Source: Candidatus Wukongarchaeum yapensis | GTDB lineage: Archaea; Asgardarchaeota; Wukongarchaeia; Wukongarchaeales; Wukongarchaeaceae | Length of the DNA: 7,406 nt | Direction of reading: 5' to 3' | Assembly: GCA_016840425.1 (NCBI GenBank) | Contig: JAEOSI010000112.1 | Location: forward strand, 1 to 7,406 | Shown here: in pieces, positions 5,396 to 7,406 of the stretch | How the letters are laid out: each line of letters starts with the position of its first letter | Numbering within the stretch: position 1 is the first letter of the stretch | The notes under the pieces: model-generated | Seen by the model: only the letters and a program-made list of their open reading frames with translations | The model's database searches: none | What the model was told of the DNA's origin: nothing | Translations under genes and position numbers: made by a program

Positions 5396-7406
5396 ATGTC
5401 AAAAATAAAAAGCGTTTTCTTAAACAGAAGAGGACGATTAGGATTACTTATAGCACTATGCTTTATAGTCCCTCTTCTGAGCGTTGCAATTACACCATCA
5501 ACTGCGGTCTCTCCAACTTCTAATTGGACAAAAGACAGACTGGTAGATGATGACGTGATCGATGACGAAATACGCCCATCAATAGCAACTGACAATAACG
5601 GTTACCTATACGTAGCATACGAGGATTATGAACCGCTTGAGGCAGTCTGGGGGATTAGTGTAGCTAGATCTACAGATGGAGGCAATACATGGTCGTTTTT
5701 CTACGGATTTTACTATTCTGGATACGATTGTGGTTATCCTTCCATAGCTATTGATCCTGTAGATAATAGGATATATCTTGCGTACGAATTCGAATGGACC
5801 AGCACAGATCATGACATCTACTGTGATGTGTATACTCCAGGCCTAGGTTGGAGTGAAACAATCGTAGACGACGATTTAGAAGACGACAGATACCCCTGTA
5901 TAACATCCGAATATCAATACGGTTCAGATAACCACCAATACATTACCTACGAGTTTATAGAAACATACGATAACCGTGACCTAATGTTAGCCAACACCTC
6001 AAATCACGGCTCTACATGGTCTATTCAAAAAATACGCGGCGGTGGCATGGACACTGATGTATATTCCCAAGCAAGCGTCACCAATGCTGGAGATCACATC
6101 TACATAGCATACAGATACAGTGTAGACTACGAGAGCACCTCAGAGATCAAAGTGGATGTCTCAAGTGACCGTGGAGTTAGTTGGCCAATACACGCACAAA
6201 TCGACGGCTTATCAAACAATTGTTCTTGGCCTTCTGTAGCAGCTACCCACGGCGGAAACACAGTTGCAGTAGCTTTCGAGTATGAATACAGCCCAACTGA
6301 CCATGATATCTACTACTCCTACAGCAACGATAGTGGGACCACATGGTACACCGGATACCCCCTGGCAACCTGGACGAGAGATGAACGAATGCCTACACTA
6401 ACAGCCGATGGAGGTGGCAGTACCAGCGACTTTATCTATGGACATATTCACGCAGCATACTGGGACGACTACGATATCAAGTATAGTAAGGCATATTACG
6501 ATTCTCTAGACAGCGGTTGGAGTCAACTTCAAACCGTTAACGAAGCTAACTGGGCTAGCGGGTTTTATCCAAAACCAACCATTACTACGCAATATAGAAA
6601 TTCTGAATATCAACCATGTGTTGCATGGACAGATCTTAGGGACATTAGTTACGATATTTACTATTCTACAACGGACACATTTGCCCCTAAGATTGATCAA
6701 CCAGCAGACATAACTTACGTTGAAGGGACAACAGGTCACAGTATCACATGGAATCCTTCAGATGATAATCCTGACCATTATAACATCACAAAGAATGGAG
6801 ATGTGGTAGATAGTGGTCCTTGGGACGGTGGTAGTATAACGATAGGCATTGACGGACTATTAACCGGCACCTACACGTACACCTGCACAGTAAACGACAC
6901 AGAAGGTCACTGGGCTAGCTATGGTGTGACCGTGACCGTTGTTAGAGACGATAATAATCCAACTATCGACAGTCCAAGTGACATAACTTATGAGGTGAAT
7001 ACAACAGGCCATAGCATCACATGGACCCCCTCAGACGATTATCCTTTGAGTTACAATGTGACCAGAGATGGTGTTTTGGTTTTTAACCGTCCTTGGAACG
7101 GTGGTTCTATAACAATCAATGTAGATGGACTATCACCCAGCACCTATGAATACACTTGCACTGTCTACGATATAGCAGGTAATAGCGCTAGCGACAGCGT
7201 AACAGTGATAGTAACAGAAGCAAGTTCTCAAGACGGCGGGGACAGTGATGATAACAACCCGTTAGACAGCCTTTTTGGCGACAGTAATGTAGGAATGTAT
7301 GCAGCGATAGGTGTTTCTGTCGGTTTTGCGGCTTACCTCGCCAGATCTCTAAGCCGCTCGCTGAGACGAAGACAAGCAGGACCATGGGATGAAGGTATGG
7401 ACGACG
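5396..7406 (+). CDS. Secreted, C-terminally membrane-anchored BNR/Asp-box beta-propeller protein with two Ig-like repeats (partial, at least 670 aa)
   Basis: My translation is open from ATG 5396 to the window end, with SD gaggag at 5380-5385. Signal peptide MSKIKSVFLNRRGRLGLLIALCFIVPLLSVAI. Asp-box-like motifs RSTDGGNTW, NTSNHGSTW, VSSDRGVSW, YSNDSGTTW. Two 91-aa repeats. TM MYAAIGVSVGFAAYLA followed by RSLSRSLRRRQ. Confidence 0.9.
   Translation, partial: MSKIKSVFLNRRGRLGLLIALCFIVPLLSVAITPSTAVSPTSNWTKDRLVDDDVIDDEIRPSIATDNNGYLYVAYEDYEPLEAVWGISVARSTDGGNTWSFFYGFYYSGYDCGYPSIAIDPVDNRIYLAYEFEWTSTDHDIYCDVYTPGLGWSETIVDDDLEDDRYPCITSEYQYGSDNHQYITYEFIETYDNRDLMLANTSNHGSTWSIQKIRGGGMDTDVYSQASVTNAGDHIYIAYRYSVDYESTSEIKVDVSSDRGVSWPIHAQIDGLSNNCSWPSVAATHGGNTVAVAFEYEYSPTDHDIYYSYSNDSGTTWYTGYPLATWTRDERMPTLTADGGGSTSDFIYGHIHAAYWDDYDIKYSKAYYDSLDSGWSQLQTVNEANWASGFYPKPTITTQYRNSEYQPCVAWTDLRDISYDIYYSTTDTFAPKIDQPADITYVEGTTGHSITWNPSDDNPDHYNITKNGDVVDSGPWDGGSITIGIDGLLTGTYTYTCTVNDTEGHWASYGVTVTVVRDDNNPTIDSPSDITYEVNTTGHSITWTPSDDYPLSYNVTRDGVLVFNRPWNGGSITINVDGLSPSTYEYTCTVYDIAGNSASDSVTVIVTEASSQDGGDSDDNNPLDSLFGDSNVGMYAAIGVSVGFAAYLARSLSRSLRRRQAGPWDEGMDD
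6674..7219 (+). repeat. Two tandem 91-aa (273-nt period) Ig-like repeats
   Basis: PKIDQPADITYVEGTTGHSITWNPSDDNPDHY...WDGGSITIGIDGL..GTYTYTCTVND versus PTIDSPSDITYEVNTTGHSITWTPSDDYPLSY...WNGGSITINVDGL..STYEYTCTVYD. Confidence 0.85.

Noticed and set aside
5335-7385. Minus-strand ORFs 5335-5595, 5606-5812, 6506-6739 and 7188-7385
   Set aside because: They are antisense shadows of the long surface-protein gene.

Overview
Archaeal window, most likely from an Asgard-type genome (inferred from an archaeal RING variant, a PCI-like winged helix and Thorarchaeota-like Ig repeats). It has three intact genes. (1) A TPR-PCI-like-double zinc ribbon-RING fusion, a candidate E3 ligase (891-1808, -). (2) A double zinc-ribbon membrane protein (2133-2558, +). 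(3) A long secreted, membrane-anchored Asp-box propeller plus 2 Ig-like repeat protein (5396 to the window end, +), missing from the ORF track because its stop lies outside the window. Between these lie damaged accessory genes: a doubly frameshifted PD-(D/E)xK nuclease remnant, a 5'-truncated antitoxin with a frameshifted RelE toxin, an SDH/ClpP-fold protease whose N-terminus may be frameshifted, and a chain of small virus-like ORFs ending at a solo IS200/IS605-type right end. Two copies of an unexplained ~45-65 bp hairpin plus T-tract element, 2.7 kb apart, each sit directly in front of a 5'-truncated defence-type gene. All calls come from manual translation and motif recognition; no database searches were run.
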